From Desulfurococcales archaeon (GTDB taxonomy: Archaea > Thermoproteota > Thermoprotei_A > Sulfolobales > WANQ01): a stretch of DNA of 48,259 nucleotides. The notes beneath the pieces are model-generated. The model was not told the DNA's origin and ran no database searches. It saw only the letters and a program-made list of their open reading frames with translations. This document shows positions 28,922-39,033 of the stretch, in pieces. The stretch spans positions 1 through 48,259 of the forward strand of contig JALVFK010000269.1 of assembly GCA_027030065.1 (NCBI GenBank). The letters are read 5' to 3'. Within the stretch, counting starts at the first letter, position 1. Each line of letters begins with the position of its first letter. Both the position numbers and the translations under genes were made by a program.

Positions 28922-30047
28922 GCGTAGGAAGAAGCTTTTAGAAATACTGAGCAAGTATCGTGATCCAGAGCTTGCCAAGAAGATAGTTGAGAAAATACAC
29001 GGGGTAGCTGAGAGGATCAGTGAGAAGAGAATACTAATTATGAGCTTCTGTGGAACCCATGAACACACCGTAACATATTATGGTATAAGGAGCTTGATGC
29101 CAAGTAAAATAGACCTCGTAGCTGGTCCCGGATGCCCCGTTTGTGTTACACCCGCTAGAATAATTGATACTTCGATAAAATTAGCTCTTGAAGAAGACGT
29201 AATCATACTAACCTATGGAGATATGTATAAGGTTCCAGGTTCCAAGCTGAGTCTTGCCCAAGCAAAGGGTTTGGGGGCAAGAGTAGAGGTAGTGTACGGG
29301 TTTAATGACGCTGTAAAGAAGGCTAGAGAAAGAGCTAGAGAAGACCATGTTTTCATTGGAGTAGGCTTTGAAACCACAATGCCGACGGTAGCATCATATA
29401 TTTACTCTAATCGAATGCCAGATAACTTGTACGTATTACCAGCCTATAGGCTAACACCCCCTATAACTAAGTATATGTTAAAGCTAAAGGAAATATCAAT
29501 TAATGGAATTATACTTCCAGGACACGTCTCGACAATTATAGGAGTAGAGTCATGGCTCTTCTTAGAGGGTATTGTACCCTCGGTTATAGCTGGCTTCGAA
29601 CCCATAGATGTTCTCATGGCTATACTCATGATACTCCGTCAAATAGCGAGAGGTGAGGCGAGAGTTGAGAACGAGTACCATAGGGTAGTAAGGTTTAAGG
29701 GTAATGAGAAGGCTAGAAAGATTATCAGTGAAGTATTTGATATAGTTGATGCTGACTGGAGGGGTATAGGAGTAGTACCCGAAAGCGGGGCAGTGTTTAA
29801 GGAAAAATACTCGAAGTATAATGCATTAGAGAGATATGATGTCAAGGTTGATAACGCTGTAGATATACGGCCGGGATGCCGTTGTACCGATGTAGTCCTC
29901 GGTCTAGCAAAGCCCACCGATTGCCCACTATTCCTAAAAGCATGTAGACCTGAGCGACCATATGGACCATGCATGGTTTCAAGTGAGGGAACTTGTCATA
30001 TATGGGCAAAATATGGAGGATACATAGCTAGCGAAAAAGAAGGATGA
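28896..30047 (+). CDS. hypD: Hydrogenase maturation protein HypD
   Basis: CGTH, GPGCPVC, GFETT, PGHVS and GPCMVSSEGTC. The GTG at 28896 after GGAGGT is the preferred start. Confidence 0.96.
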   Translation: MNLSQEYVKRRKKLLEILSKYRDPELAKKIVEKIHGVAERISEKRILIMSFCGTHEHTVTYYGIRSLMPSKIDLVAGPGCPVCVTPARIIDTSIKLALEEDVIILTYGDMYKVPGSKLSLAQAKGLGARVEVVYGFNDAVKKARERAREDHVFIGVGFETTMPTVASYIYSNRMPDNLYVLPAYRLTPPITKYMLKLKEISINGIILPGHVSTIIGVESWLFLEGIVPSVIAGFEPIDVLMAILMILRQIARGEARVENEYHRVVRFKGNEKARKIISEVFDIVDADWRGIGVVPESGAVFKEKYSKYNALERYDVKVDNAVDIRPGCRCTDVVLGLAKPTDCPLFLKACRPERPYGPCMVSSEGTCHIWAKYGGYIASEKEG

Positions 30048-30051
30048 AAAA

Positions 30052-31389
30052 TTGAGAAAGTCTTCTTCAGCCCTGCTGTTCTACTCAACCAAGCAGACCA
30101 AGTATAGTGTAAACGCACTAGTAGCAGCGTTAGAGAAAGATGACTTATCACCAATAGATGTATATGTAGTTGATTCCCCATTCAAAACACCGCTGCTAGA
30201 AACTATTTCAATGCTCAAGAGACTTTACCGTAGAGTCATAGTGGGTATAACTGTCCTATCTACACAGCTACCTCACGTAGAGAGCCTCATCGGGCTCCTA
30301 AAACGTTACCACAGAGATGTAGTCCTAATCGGGGGTGGACCTCATCCAACAGGAGACCCCGTTGGAAGCCTACTTAAGTTAGGATTCAATTATATAGCTT
30401 ATGGGGAAGCTGAGGAGACTATACGGGAACTCGCAGAAGCAGTAGAAAAAAATAAACCATTGGAAGACGTCTGCGGTATCGCATATTATGATGAACACAT
30501 AGATAAGGTGGTAGTAAATAGAAGGATAAGGAGAGTAAGCTTAGATGAATACCCGCCATTCCCCTATTGGCGAAATAGGTTTAATCCAATTGAGATAATG
30601 CGGGGCTGTCCTTGGGCTTGCAAATATTGTCAAGTATCTTTTATGTTTAAGGCTAAACCCATCTACCGGTCAATTGACACCGTCCTCTATTACTCAAATA
30701 TATTGTTGAAACAAGGTATGCGTGATTTAAGATTCATAGCCCCCAACTCTTTTGCATACTTAAGTAGGGATGGCCGCAAACCAGATGCTAGCCTACTTGA
30801 AGAGTTCCTCTCATCACTCTACAAGTTAACAAGAAAATATGATGGCCGGATATTTTTCGGGACCTTTCCAAGTGAGGTTAGACCAGATTCTGTTGACTAC
30901 GAGCTAGCTAGAATGGTTAGAAGATACGTTTCAAATAAGTCAATCATTATTGGGGCACAAAGTGGCAGTGATAGATTGCTTAAAATAATTAATAGAGGAC
31001 ACAGTGTTGACGATATAATTATTGCTACAGAAGCATTAGCGAAGGCTGGGTTCAGAGTAGACATCGATTTCATATTTGGATTACCAGGTGAGACTAGAGA
31101 GGACTTAGAGGAAACAATCAAGGTAATAGAAAAGCTCGCTGCCATGGGTGCTAGAATACACGCACATACTTTCATGCCGTTACCGGGTACACCCTTTGCT
31201 GAAGCACCTCCTGGGAGAATAAATCCATGGCTGAGAAGGAGGCTTTTCAAGCTTCTCGGTAAGGGATTAGTATATGGTGATTGGCTTCAGCAAGAGAGAG
31301 AAGCTGAGATGATACATCGTTATAGGGTTATGGGTGTTATTTTTACTGGTAGAAAGCTAGTTAATAGAATTAGGATACGTTATTGTTAG
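30052..31389 (+). CDS. B12-binding domain/radical SAM protein (TIGR04013-like)
   Basis: GGPHPTG, RGCPWACKYCQ, FPSEVRP and HTFMPLPGTP. Confidence 0.88.
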   Translation: MRKSSSALLFYSTKQTKYSVNALVAALEKDDLSPIDVYVVDSPFKTPLLETISMLKRLYRRVIVGITVLSTQLPHVESLIGLLKRYHRDVVLIGGGPHPTGDPVGSLLKLGFNYIAYGEAEETIRELAEAVEKNKPLEDVCGIAYYDEHIDKVVVNRRIRRVSLDEYPPFPYWRNRFNPIEIMRGCPWACKYCQVSFMFKAKPIYRSIDTVLYYSNILLKQGMRDLRFIAPNSFAYLSRDGRKPDASLLEEFLSSLYKLTRKYDGRIFFGTFPSEVRPDSVDYELARMVRRYVSNKSIIIGAQSGSDRLLKIINRGHSVDDIIIATEALAKAGFRVDIDFIFGLPGETREDLEETIKVIEKLAAMGARIHAHTFMPLPGTPFAEAPPGRINPWLRRRLFKLLGKGLVYGDWLQQEREAEMIHRYRVMGVIFTGRKLVNRIRIRYC

Positions 31390-31456
31390 AACCCTACGAT
31401 AACTATATTTGTTCTATAGAGTAGAGAGTAATACTGAGGATACAGGTGATTGAATA

Positions 31457-32959
31457 GTGCCCTATAGATCTGAGATATCGTTTCTAGGAAAATTCACGTG
31501 GGATGCTATAAGGGATCCGGTGTACGATTACATAGACTATAACAAGGAGATAGAAGTAAAAATAATTGATTCAGAGCCTCTCCAGAGGCTTCGAAGAATA
31601 AAACAATTGCAACTGTCTTACCTCGTCTACCCTGGTGCAGAGCACTCACGATTCCAGCACAGCTTGGGTGTAATGCATCTCGCCGGAATCTTCTCAACAC
31701 ATATAGTATCACTTGTCTTAAAATACCATGAAAAATCCTTAGAGGACTACGAGCCCGATACTCTTGTAGAAGCTGTTAGAATTGCAGGTCTATTGCACGA
31801 CGTAGGACACGGGCCTTTTAGCCATGCTTTTGAGGAGACTATTCTATCAAATAATGAGCTTAAGGCAAAAGGCTTAGGCGACCATGAGAGACTTGGACTA
31901 CTACTGGTAGAATATACTAGTATATCGAAGACTCTGAAGAAAGCTGAGGAATATGGATTACCACACCTATACGATGTTGTAAAAAAGATACTAGATATGA
32001 GGGAACCCCGAGAACCCATACTTAGACTTGTACGCAAAATCGTAAAGGCATGGATTTATCCTGCCGATATAATGGATTTCCTATTACGCGACAGCTATTA
32101 TACTGGTACACGCGAGTATGGTTCAATAGATTATCAGAGGCTAATTAGGAATAGCTACCCCATAGGAAGTAGTGGATCAATCGAAAACATCGCATTAGAC
32201 TCAAAATCTCTCGGTGCTCTAAGAAGTTATCTTAACAATCGTACACAAATGTACGAAAATGTCTACTTCCACCCGGTTTCGCGGGCATTTAATAAGCTCT
32301 TGGGAATAGTGCTTCGAGGAGCAGATGAGTATATCGGGTTAACCGAAGCAGTTGAAAAACTCGGTGAAGGAGACCCCCAAGCCTATATAAGGTTAACAGA
32401 CGAGTATGTTGTGTCAAAACTAGTAGATCTAATAGATAAACCCGATATACCAGGTGAGCTCAAAGCGAATATTAGCAATCTCGTCTATAGGCGGAATCCA
32501 TGGAAACGTATTGGGAGCGATCATAAAATCCCATTGATAGCAATGAGTGGAAGAATAGATCCAGCCATAATTGCTTTCCGATACATGAGCAAATGGGTTA
32601 AAGACTTAGAAGAACATGTTAAAGATAAAATAAAGGCAAAGTTTAACGGACGAGTTGAACCAGAAGATATATGGGTTGATAGCAACACATTACATCCAGC
32701 CCCGTTATCTAGCCTTGTCGAACCACATCTATTCTATATAGCGTATGTTAGAGGAGGAGAACTCGTAGAGGCTAAGCCATTCAATATCATATTCTTCATG
32801 GTAAACGAGGGCATAGTACCAAAGGTAATAGTTAGAGCATACGCCAAGCGGGAGACCGTGAAGGACAAAGAGCTATATAGAGATCTAAGCATAGTAATTG
32901 ATAACGCTATAGACGAGTTCTTCAATATATCTACGCTAGCTGGAGGAATAACTCTTTAA
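31457..32959 (+). CDS. HD-domain phosphohydrolase (SAMHD1/YwfO-like dNTPase family)
   Basis: QRLRRIKQL, HSRFQHSLG, LLHDVGHGPFSH and D.MDFLLRD. Confidence 0.9.
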   Translation: MPYRSEISFLGKFTWDAIRDPVYDYIDYNKEIEVKIIDSEPLQRLRRIKQLQLSYLVYPGAEHSRFQHSLGVMHLAGIFSTHIVSLVLKYHEKSLEDYEPDTLVEAVRIAGLLHDVGHGPFSHAFEETILSNNELKAKGLGDHERLGLLLVEYTSISKTLKKAEEYGLPHLYDVVKKILDMREPREPILRLVRKIVKAWIYPADIMDFLLRDSYYTGTREYGSIDYQRLIRNSYPIGSSGSIENIALDSKSLGALRSYLNNRTQMYENVYFHPVSRAFNKLLGIVLRGADEYIGLTEAVEKLGEGDPQAYIRLTDEYVVSKLVDLIDKPDIPGELKANISNLVYRRNPWKRIGSDHKIPLIAMSGRIDPAIIAFRYMSKWVKDLEEHVKDKIKAKFNGRVEPEDIWVDSNTLHPAPLSSLVEPHLFYIAYVRGGELVEAKPFNIIFFMVNEGIVPKVIVRAYAKRETVKDKELYRDLSIVIDNAIDEFFNISTLAGGITL

Positions 32960-33325
32960 TGCCATAATGGTTTTCTTAGCATATTCTAATGCTAGCCTAC
33001 GCCACAGGCTTGGACCATTCTTTAATAGAGCCTCCGGAATCTCCTCTTTGGAGGCTCTAGCCTTCCCCAGTGGAGTAGTTACTACTCCTTTCTCAGTGTT
33101 ACGTAGTAGACCATAGAATACTAGTCTAGCTATATCAACTTCAAGTAAGGGGCTCATAACACCAATATTGTTTACTGGTATCCAGTCTCTATAATCTATC
33201 CTAGTATATCCTTCAATGTTTAACACAAACACTAGGTTTGATAAATCAATTATCGTTACGGGTTCGACATTAACTATTATTCCTAGAATCTTCTTAAGCC
33301 TAGGATACACTGGAAGCCGCCTCAC
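32936..33325 (-). CDS. Winged-helix hypothetical protein (weakly YwgA/SocA-like)
   Basis: L..LVF.L...G..SP.L..DI..LV..GLL...T.LG pattern. Confidence 0.55.
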   Translation of the reverse strand: MRRLPVYPRLKKILGIIVNVEPVTIIDLSNLVFVLNIEGYTRIDYRDWIPVNNIGVMSPLLEVDIARLVFYGLLRNTEKGVVTTPLGKARASKEEIPEALLKNGPSLWRRLALEYAKKTIMALKSYSSS

Positions 33326-33445
33326 ACTACCCGTAATGCTTTATATTAGGTAGGCTATATCTACACGGCTCCAGAGTAATATCCTCCAAGAACAGTAATA
33401 TTTCGAGAATACCCCAGTACTACACATAGGGAGGAGAACATTATC

Positions 33446-33769
33446 TTGTATACTGAAGGCACTATTAGAGAGAGGATAATAAAGGTATTAATGGAGACTA
33501 GAGAACCCTTAGACGCCTATACTATAGCACTAGAAGTGGGATTAGACCCCAATACTAGTGAAAAAGAGGTTTACGAACATTTAACACACATTGCAAAAAC
33601 TATTAGGAGGCAGAGTAAGGGCAAACTCCTACTTTATATGATTCCCCCCCAGTGCCGTAATTGCGGTTACATCTTCAAAGACTTACGTAAACCCCGTAAA
33701 CCAAGCCGTTGTCCTCGATGCAAGAGCCAGCGCATTACACCTCCATTATTTAAGATTATGGAGGCTTAG
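33446..33769 (+). CDS. HTH + zinc-ribbon transcriptional regulator (COG3357-like)
   Basis: VYEHL.HIAKT, P.CRNCGY.F and PSRCPRCKS..I.PP. Confidence 0.88.
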   Translation: MYTEGTIRERIIKVLMETREPLDAYTIALEVGLDPNTSEKEVYEHLTHIAKTIRRQSKGKLLLYMIPPQCRNCGYIFKDLRKPRKPSRCPRCKSQRITPPLFKIMEA

Positions 33770-34406
33770 CTTGACTTAACAGTCTCAGAATCTCTTTTCT
33801 AAACAATTCATCGCTTTCGTATAGTTTAGTGTATATCTTGCCTAGAATACCATTTAAGAAAACAATCCTATCCTCCCCCATAGATACCGTGAGCCTTATA
33901 CTTCTAATACCATTGTCTACAACGTTGTAATTGCCTCTCAACACCTCCTTACCTAGAACTCTATCAAGAAGCATTGCAGAAGCTGTGAGTTCGCCTACAG
34001 TTCTCTCGTAGCGATCTAGTTTATCTCTCATCAAGGGAGAAAATCTTACTGGAACTATTAGATTAGACACATTATACCAGTACATTCGTTTAAATATTTT
34101 CAGACTATCACTCCTCAAGTCACGATAAATATCAACAATGTAACTAACAATACCCTCACAGTTCTCACTAGCATCAAGTACAATGTCCTCAGATTTCCTT
34201 TTTTCAATAACGTAGTTTGCTATAACCTTGCAAGGATAGACGAGTAATGAGACGTTTATAGGCATAACTTTTCGCACAAAATATGAGTCAATGCAGATTC
34301 TTCGGGTCTTGCCCCGAGCTTCAACAATACACTCCGTGTATGGCAAAATAATGCTTCTTTTAACCTCCATAATTATTTCGACCAGTAGAGTGTCCGTTTT
34401 CCACAA
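33756..34406 (-). CDS. Hypothetical protein
   Basis: 216-aa ORF filling the gap, with no recognised motif. True start uncertain. Confidence 0.55.
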   Translation of the reverse strand: MWKTDTLLVEIIMEVKRSIILPYTECIVEARGKTRRICIDSYFVRKVMPINVSLLVYPCKVIANYVIEKRKSEDIVLDASENCEGIVSYIVDIYRDLRSDSLKIFKRMYWYNVSNLIVPVRFSPLMRDKLDRYERTVGELTASAMLLDRVLGKEVLRGNYNVVDNGIRSIRLTVSMGEDRIVFLNGILGKIYTKLYESDELFRKEILRLLSQAKPP

Positions 34407-34457
34407 AATTAAATTTATTAATACCTCCTTGTATATGACTATAAAAGGGTTAACAGT

Positions 34458-36758
34458 ATGACTAGGAAGGGTTTATCCAAAACAGCTGGAATAGTAATAG
34501 CCGTAATCATCATAATAATTATAGCAATAGCAGCATACTATGCTACCCAAAAGCCTACAACAACTACAACAACACCAACAGTTAGTAGTCCTTCACCTAC
34601 ATCGACACCAACAACTACTTCAACACCAAGCCCAACAACAACCACTCAAACAACAACTAGCCCCACAACTACAACAACCAGCCCCTCACCTTCACCAACA
34701 ACAACTAGTTCCACGCCAACGACAACACCTAAGCCCGAGAAAGCATTCCACAAGAGAATGATCTATATTATAAACAATGACCCGGTACCAAGAATAAACA
34801 TGCTGCAATCGGGTACTGCTGATGCTGCTGCAATACCATTAGAAAACATACCAGATGTTGAAGGATATACTATGGGCAACTACAAGATTGTAGTAGAGAA
34901 AGGATTACTAGAGCCCTCAATCGTTTATGTTGTATTAAACTGTAACAAGGCCCCATTTAATAACACATTAGTGAGACAAGCATTAGCCTATGCAGTACCA
35001 TACGAGGTAATAATACAAACAGTTTATGAGGGCTACCTAAAACCATTACATGGAATCATACCATATGGATTCCTAGGATACACAACGTACAATATAATAA
35101 ACTATACTGCAATACCCTATGAGGAGAGACTGAACAAGGCCAAGGAACTATTACAGAAAGCCGGAATAGATCCAACTCAGTACACCTTTGAGATATGGTA
35201 TAATGCTGGTAACACCCAGAGAGAAAAAATAGCAACGCTACTATCAGAAAGCTGGGGTAGACTCGGATTCAAGACATCAACTAGATCACTAGAATGGCCA
35301 GTATATCTAAGCAAAGTTGAGAACGGAGAATTCGACGTATACATTATCGGGTGGGCACCAGACTACTTAGACCCAGATAACTATGTTGGACCACTATTCT
35401 ATGGAGGAACAAAGTTCAAGGAGGTAAACGTTGTTGAAGTACAATCACCGGGCGATGTAGGAAAGTATGTTAAGAATGCCGTAGTATTTGACACCGAGAA
35501 ATACTATGTAGTAGTAGGCGAGAAGGGAACTGGCGCAAGTGTGTCAGTAAGCGGTAAACCATTCATAGTTGTATCATACATAGTAGATGAGGACAAAACA
35601 AAGCCTATAGAAAACTCAACAGGCTTCGTTGATATAGATCCAGCATTCTATAGAAACACTACTGTAGATGCATTAGCGATTGCTGGAAGAAGAGAGGCTA
35701 ACCCGGAGATAAGAGAAGCAATATACAACGCATTATTCCAGGCATCAAATAGAGAAGTCCCCATAATACTATTAGGGCAATATGTACTAGTAAGACCATA
35801 TTGGAACTGGCTACACGGCAGATACTATCACCCAACACTAGCAGAAAGATACGATCTACTATGGGAGGATCCAGGCGCTCCAACAGTAAACACTGGTATC
35901 AAAGACTACGTAAACGATCCAAACACCTATGTTGTAGCAACAATAGGCTGGCCAGACACCTTCGATCCAGCATTCAACTACGAGACCTTTGGATGGGCTA
36001 TATTCCACAACATAGGTGATACACTAGTAACCTATTGGAAGGAGGAGACAAAAGAAGTCTCACCAGACCTAGCAGTCGCATGGGTACATAACAAGGACTC
36101 AACAGAATGGTATTTCGTTATAAGAGGAGGAGTAAAAGCCTACGACCCATGGCACAACAAGGTCTACAACATAACTGCGCTAGACATGCTATTCACTATA
36201 TGGAGGGTAGCTAGACTAGAAGGAGATCCCTCATGGATGGTCACGGAGTTCATAGACACCAATAACTCCAAAGTCTATACCGAAGAAGAGTTCGACCAAA
36301 TATTAAAGAATAACGAACTAATAGCAGAATACAAGGGACAGTCAAAAGTAGTTAAATCATTAGACGAGCTACTAGACTTCTTCGGCTACAAGGGCAAGAC
36401 AGCAGGAGTACTGTACATCAAACTATACTATCCATACGGACCAATACTAAGCATATTAGCTGATCCATTCTTAATGGTTATACCAGCACAATACCTATTC
36501 GACAATGTAGATCAGTTGAAGGGTAAATACGAGGAAGCCATGAATGCTGCAGAATGGGGTAAGAATCCATCAGCATGGGCAAAGTACATCGGTAAGGGTG
36601 AGCAAGAACCAACACACCAATATCTACACAAATTCCCAGTAGGCACCGGGCCATACTATGTCAAGGAATACGTTGAGGGAAGCCACATAGTATTAGAATA
36701 CAACCCATACTACTGGAATACAACTCTATGGGAGAACCTCTACGGATTCAAACCTTAA
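34458..36758 (+). CDS. Peptide/oligopeptide ABC transporter substrate-binding protein (family 5), membrane-anchored, circularly permuted
   Basis: N-terminal basic/hydrophobic anchor, T/S/P linker, VRQALAYA, GWAPDY.DP, WPDTFDPA and PVGTGPY motifs. Confidence 0.92.
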   Translation: MTRKGLSKTAGIVIAVIIIIIIAIAAYYATQKPTTTTTTPTVSSPSPTSTPTTTSTPSPTTTTQTTTSPTTTTTSPSPSPTTTSSTPTTTPKPEKAFHKRMIYIINNDPVPRINMLQSGTADAAAIPLENIPDVEGYTMGNYKIVVEKGLLEPSIVYVVLNCNKAPFNNTLVRQALAYAVPYEVIIQTVYEGYLKPLHGIIPYGFLGYTTYNIINYTAIPYEERLNKAKELLQKAGIDPTQYTFEIWYNAGNTQREKIATLLSESWGRLGFKTSTRSLEWPVYLSKVENGEFDVYIIGWAPDYLDPDNYVGPLFYGGTKFKEVNVVEVQSPGDVGKYVKNAVVFDTEKYYVVVGEKGTGASVSVSGKPFIVVSYIVDEDKTKPIENSTGFVDIDPAFYRNTTVDALAIAGRREANPEIREAIYNALFQASNREVPIILLGQYVLVRPYWNWLHGRYYHPTLAERYDLLWEDPGAPTVNTGIKDYVNDPNTYVVATIGWPDTFDPAFNYETFGWAIFHNIGDTLVTYWKEETKEVSPDLAVAWVHNKDSTEWYFVIRGGVKAYDPWHNKVYNITALDMLFTIWRVARLEGDPSWMVTEFIDTNNSKVYTEEEFDQILKNNELIAEYKGQSKVVKSLDELLDFFGYKGKTAGVLYIKLYYPYGPILSILADPFLMVIPAQYLFDNVDQLKGKYEEAMNAAEWGKNPSAWAKYIGKGEQEPTHQYLHKFPVGTGPYYVKEYVEGSHIVLEYNPYYWNTTLWENLYGFKP
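34552..34730 (+). repeat. Low-complexity Thr/Ser/Pro linker coding region
   Basis: Imperfect ACA/ACT/CCA codon repeats encoding PTTTTTTPTVSSPSPT... Confidence 0.85.
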
Positions 36759-36767
36759 AACCATAAA

Positions 36768-36778
36768 ATCTTTTTTAC
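36768..36778 (+). terminator. Possible oligo-T archaeal terminator after the binding-protein gene
   Basis: TCTTTTTT about 10 nt after the stop codon. Confidence 0.4.
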
Positions 36779-36853
36779 CCCTTCAATACACTAGGTTAAA
36801 AACTTATAACACTCATCTTAGAACCTCATCTAAACCGAGCTCCGGTGTAGGCT

Positions 36854-37894
36854 GTGGCAGAGCTAAAGAGGTTCCTTATAAGGAGGCTTGTCACGTTTAT
36901 TCCAACACTCATAGGTGTTACTCTTCTTGTATTCATTATAGCTAACTTAATCCCAGCAGACCCGGCTAGAGCCTGGGCTGGTGGAGAAAAAGCTAGTCCC
37001 GAAGTGATTGAAAGGATTAGAGAGGAGTATCATTTAAATGATCCATGGTATGTACAATATGTTTTCCTAATGAAAAAATTGTTTACCAACGATATAGTTA
37101 GTCCTAGAACTCATAACAAGATATGGGATGACCTTATCTTCGGTACTAGTCAAGGCGTTGCAGGTGCTGGTACAAAGTACGGTAGATTCTTCATAACACT
37201 GCAACTAACTCTCTTTGCTTTCTTGTATATAGTCTTCATAGGTATACCTTTAGGAATACTCTCGGCTCTAAAGAAGGATTCTCTATTGGACAGTACTGTG
37301 AGAACTCTTGCACTCGTAGGTGTTTCGACACCAGTATTCTGGTTAGGATACTTGTTAATCTATATATTCTTTGTAAGATTCCGTGTAATAGAGCTAGCAG
37401 GGTTCCCCGAGCCTACACAACGTATAACTGGCATCATGGTAATAGATGCACTCCTACTTGGAGAAAACGATATAGCTATACAAATAATTAATAGACTCGC
37501 ACTACCTGCATTTGTACTTGGCTTCATTGGAATAGGGGTTATAGCTAGAATTACACGAAACTCTTTCCTAGAAACATGGAATGCCGACTATATAGAATTC
37601 GGTAAAGCCCGAGGACTACGGAAGTCTAGGCTGATGAGACATGCATTAAAGAATGCTTTGGTTCCTATAGTAACCGTTCTAGGCTTACAGTTTGGAGGAC
37701 TTTTAGGTGGGGCACCAATCACTGAAACCGTTTTCGGCATACCGGGTATGGGACGCTACATGGTGGAAGCCATCCGTAATTTCGATTACCCCGCCTTAAT
37801 AGGTGGTGTACTATTATTCGCTTTAATATACATGCTAGCTAACTTGATCGTCGATATAGCATATGCCTTCATAGATCCAAGAGTAAGATACTAG
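36854..37894 (+). CDS. dppB: Peptide ABC transporter permease (DppB/OppB)
   Basis: P.DPA, EAA-loop region ARGL, ITETVFGIPGMG and DPRVRY. Confidence 0.93.
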   Translation: MAELKRFLIRRLVTFIPTLIGVTLLVFIIANLIPADPARAWAGGEKASPEVIERIREEYHLNDPWYVQYVFLMKKLFTNDIVSPRTHNKIWDDLIFGTSQGVAGAGTKYGRFFITLQLTLFAFLYIVFIGIPLGILSALKKDSLLDSTVRTLALVGVSTPVFWLGYLLIYIFFVRFRVIELAGFPEPTQRITGIMVIDALLLGENDIAIQIINRLALPAFVLGFIGIGVIARITRNSFLETWNADYIEFGKARGLRKSRLMRHALKNALVPIVTVLGLQFGGLLGGAPITETVFGIPGMGRYMVEAIRNFDYPALIGGVLLFALIYMLANLIVDIAYAFIDPRVRY

Positions 37895-37905
37895 GAGGAT
37901 TAACT

Positions 37906-39027
37906 ATGAGTGCAGAAGAAGTCTACGAGAAGAAACTATTGGATCATTTAAGCGACTTCTTCATAAAAGCAGTAGTTAGGATTATGGACTCGATAAAACC
38001 TGGATGGAGTATTAGAAACAAGTCAAGAATAGATGAATGGAGGCTAATGCTCTACGCGTTAAATAGATCGCCTACTGGTATAGTTGGCTTAATACTTGTA
38101 GCATCATTTATAATAATAGGTATTTTTGGCCCCCTTGTCGCTCCCTATAGCTATAGTGATCTACTAGTATTCAAGAACAGTCACTATAGGTTCATACCTC
38201 CTGGAGGAACAGGGCCTGGCGGAGAAGTCTTCTTACTTGGAACCGATGATTATGGAAGAGATATGTTGTCTCTAATATTATATGGTGCTAGGACTTCCCT
38301 AGTCGTTGCACTACTTGTAATGATCTTTGGCGCCCCCATAGGAATAATATTGGGACTCATATCAGGGTACTATGGCGGTAAAATAGATGAACTAATTATG
38401 AGGATCACTGATATATTCTTAGCGTTCCCAGGACTAATACTTGCCATAGCTTTCGCCGCCACGTTACCCGATAGGGTAAGAGGGCTTTTAGAAGCTAATC
38501 CATGGCTACAGAATATCATGTTATCATTGTTCGCGTTGGATCCAGCTGATGCCCCTAGGCTCGCTAACTTGTTATCGGTTATTGTTGCAATAGTTATAGT
38601 ATGGTGGCCTGGCTATACGAGAATAGTTAGAGGTAGCACTCTTTCAGCCAGAGAAAACGTTTATGTTGAAGCAGCTCGAGCTATGGGTATGAGTTCCTGG
38701 GGAATAATGTTTAAGCATATCTTCCCCAATATACTAGCACCAATACTCGTAATACTCACACTCGATGTTGGCTCAGTAATACTAGTTGAAGCTGGCTTAA
38801 GCTATCTAGGCATAGGTGCTCAGCCACCAATCGCGGATTGGGGACGAATAGTCTACGATGGCTCTAGATGGCTTATAAGGGGATACTGGTGGCTCAGCCT
38901 CCTTCCAGGCGTTTTCATACTGCTAACAGTATTGGGATTCAACTTACTAGGCGACGCCTTAAGAGACGTATTAGATCCCAAGGCTAGGAGGAGTATTGAG
39001 TTTAAGTTAAAGAAAAAGAAGAGGTAG
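37906..39027 (+). CDS. dppC: Peptide ABC transporter permease (DppC/OppC)
   Basis: LGTDDYGRD, YVEAARAMG and GDALRDVLDP. Confidence 0.93.
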   Translation: MSAEEVYEKKLLDHLSDFFIKAVVRIMDSIKPGWSIRNKSRIDEWRLMLYALNRSPTGIVGLILVASFIIIGIFGPLVAPYSYSDLLVFKNSHYRFIPPGGTGPGGEVFLLGTDDYGRDMLSLILYGARTSLVVALLVMIFGAPIGIILGLISGYYGGKIDELIMRITDIFLAFPGLILAIAFAATLPDRVRGLLEANPWLQNIMLSLFALDPADAPRLANLLSVIVAIVIVWWPGYTRIVRGSTLSARENVYVEAARAMGMSSWGIMFKHIFPNILAPILVILTLDVGSVILVEAGLSYLGIGAQPPIADWGRIVYDGSRWLIRGYWWLSLLPGVFILLTVLGFNLLGDALRDVLDPKARRSIEFKLKKKKR

Positions 39028-39033
39028 ATAGCA

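Noticed and set aside
34552-34730. CRISPR array or tandem DNA repeat
   Set aside because: It is a low-complexity Thr/Ser/Pro linker inside a CDS with no repeat-spacer structure. No CRISPR array was seen anywhere in the window.
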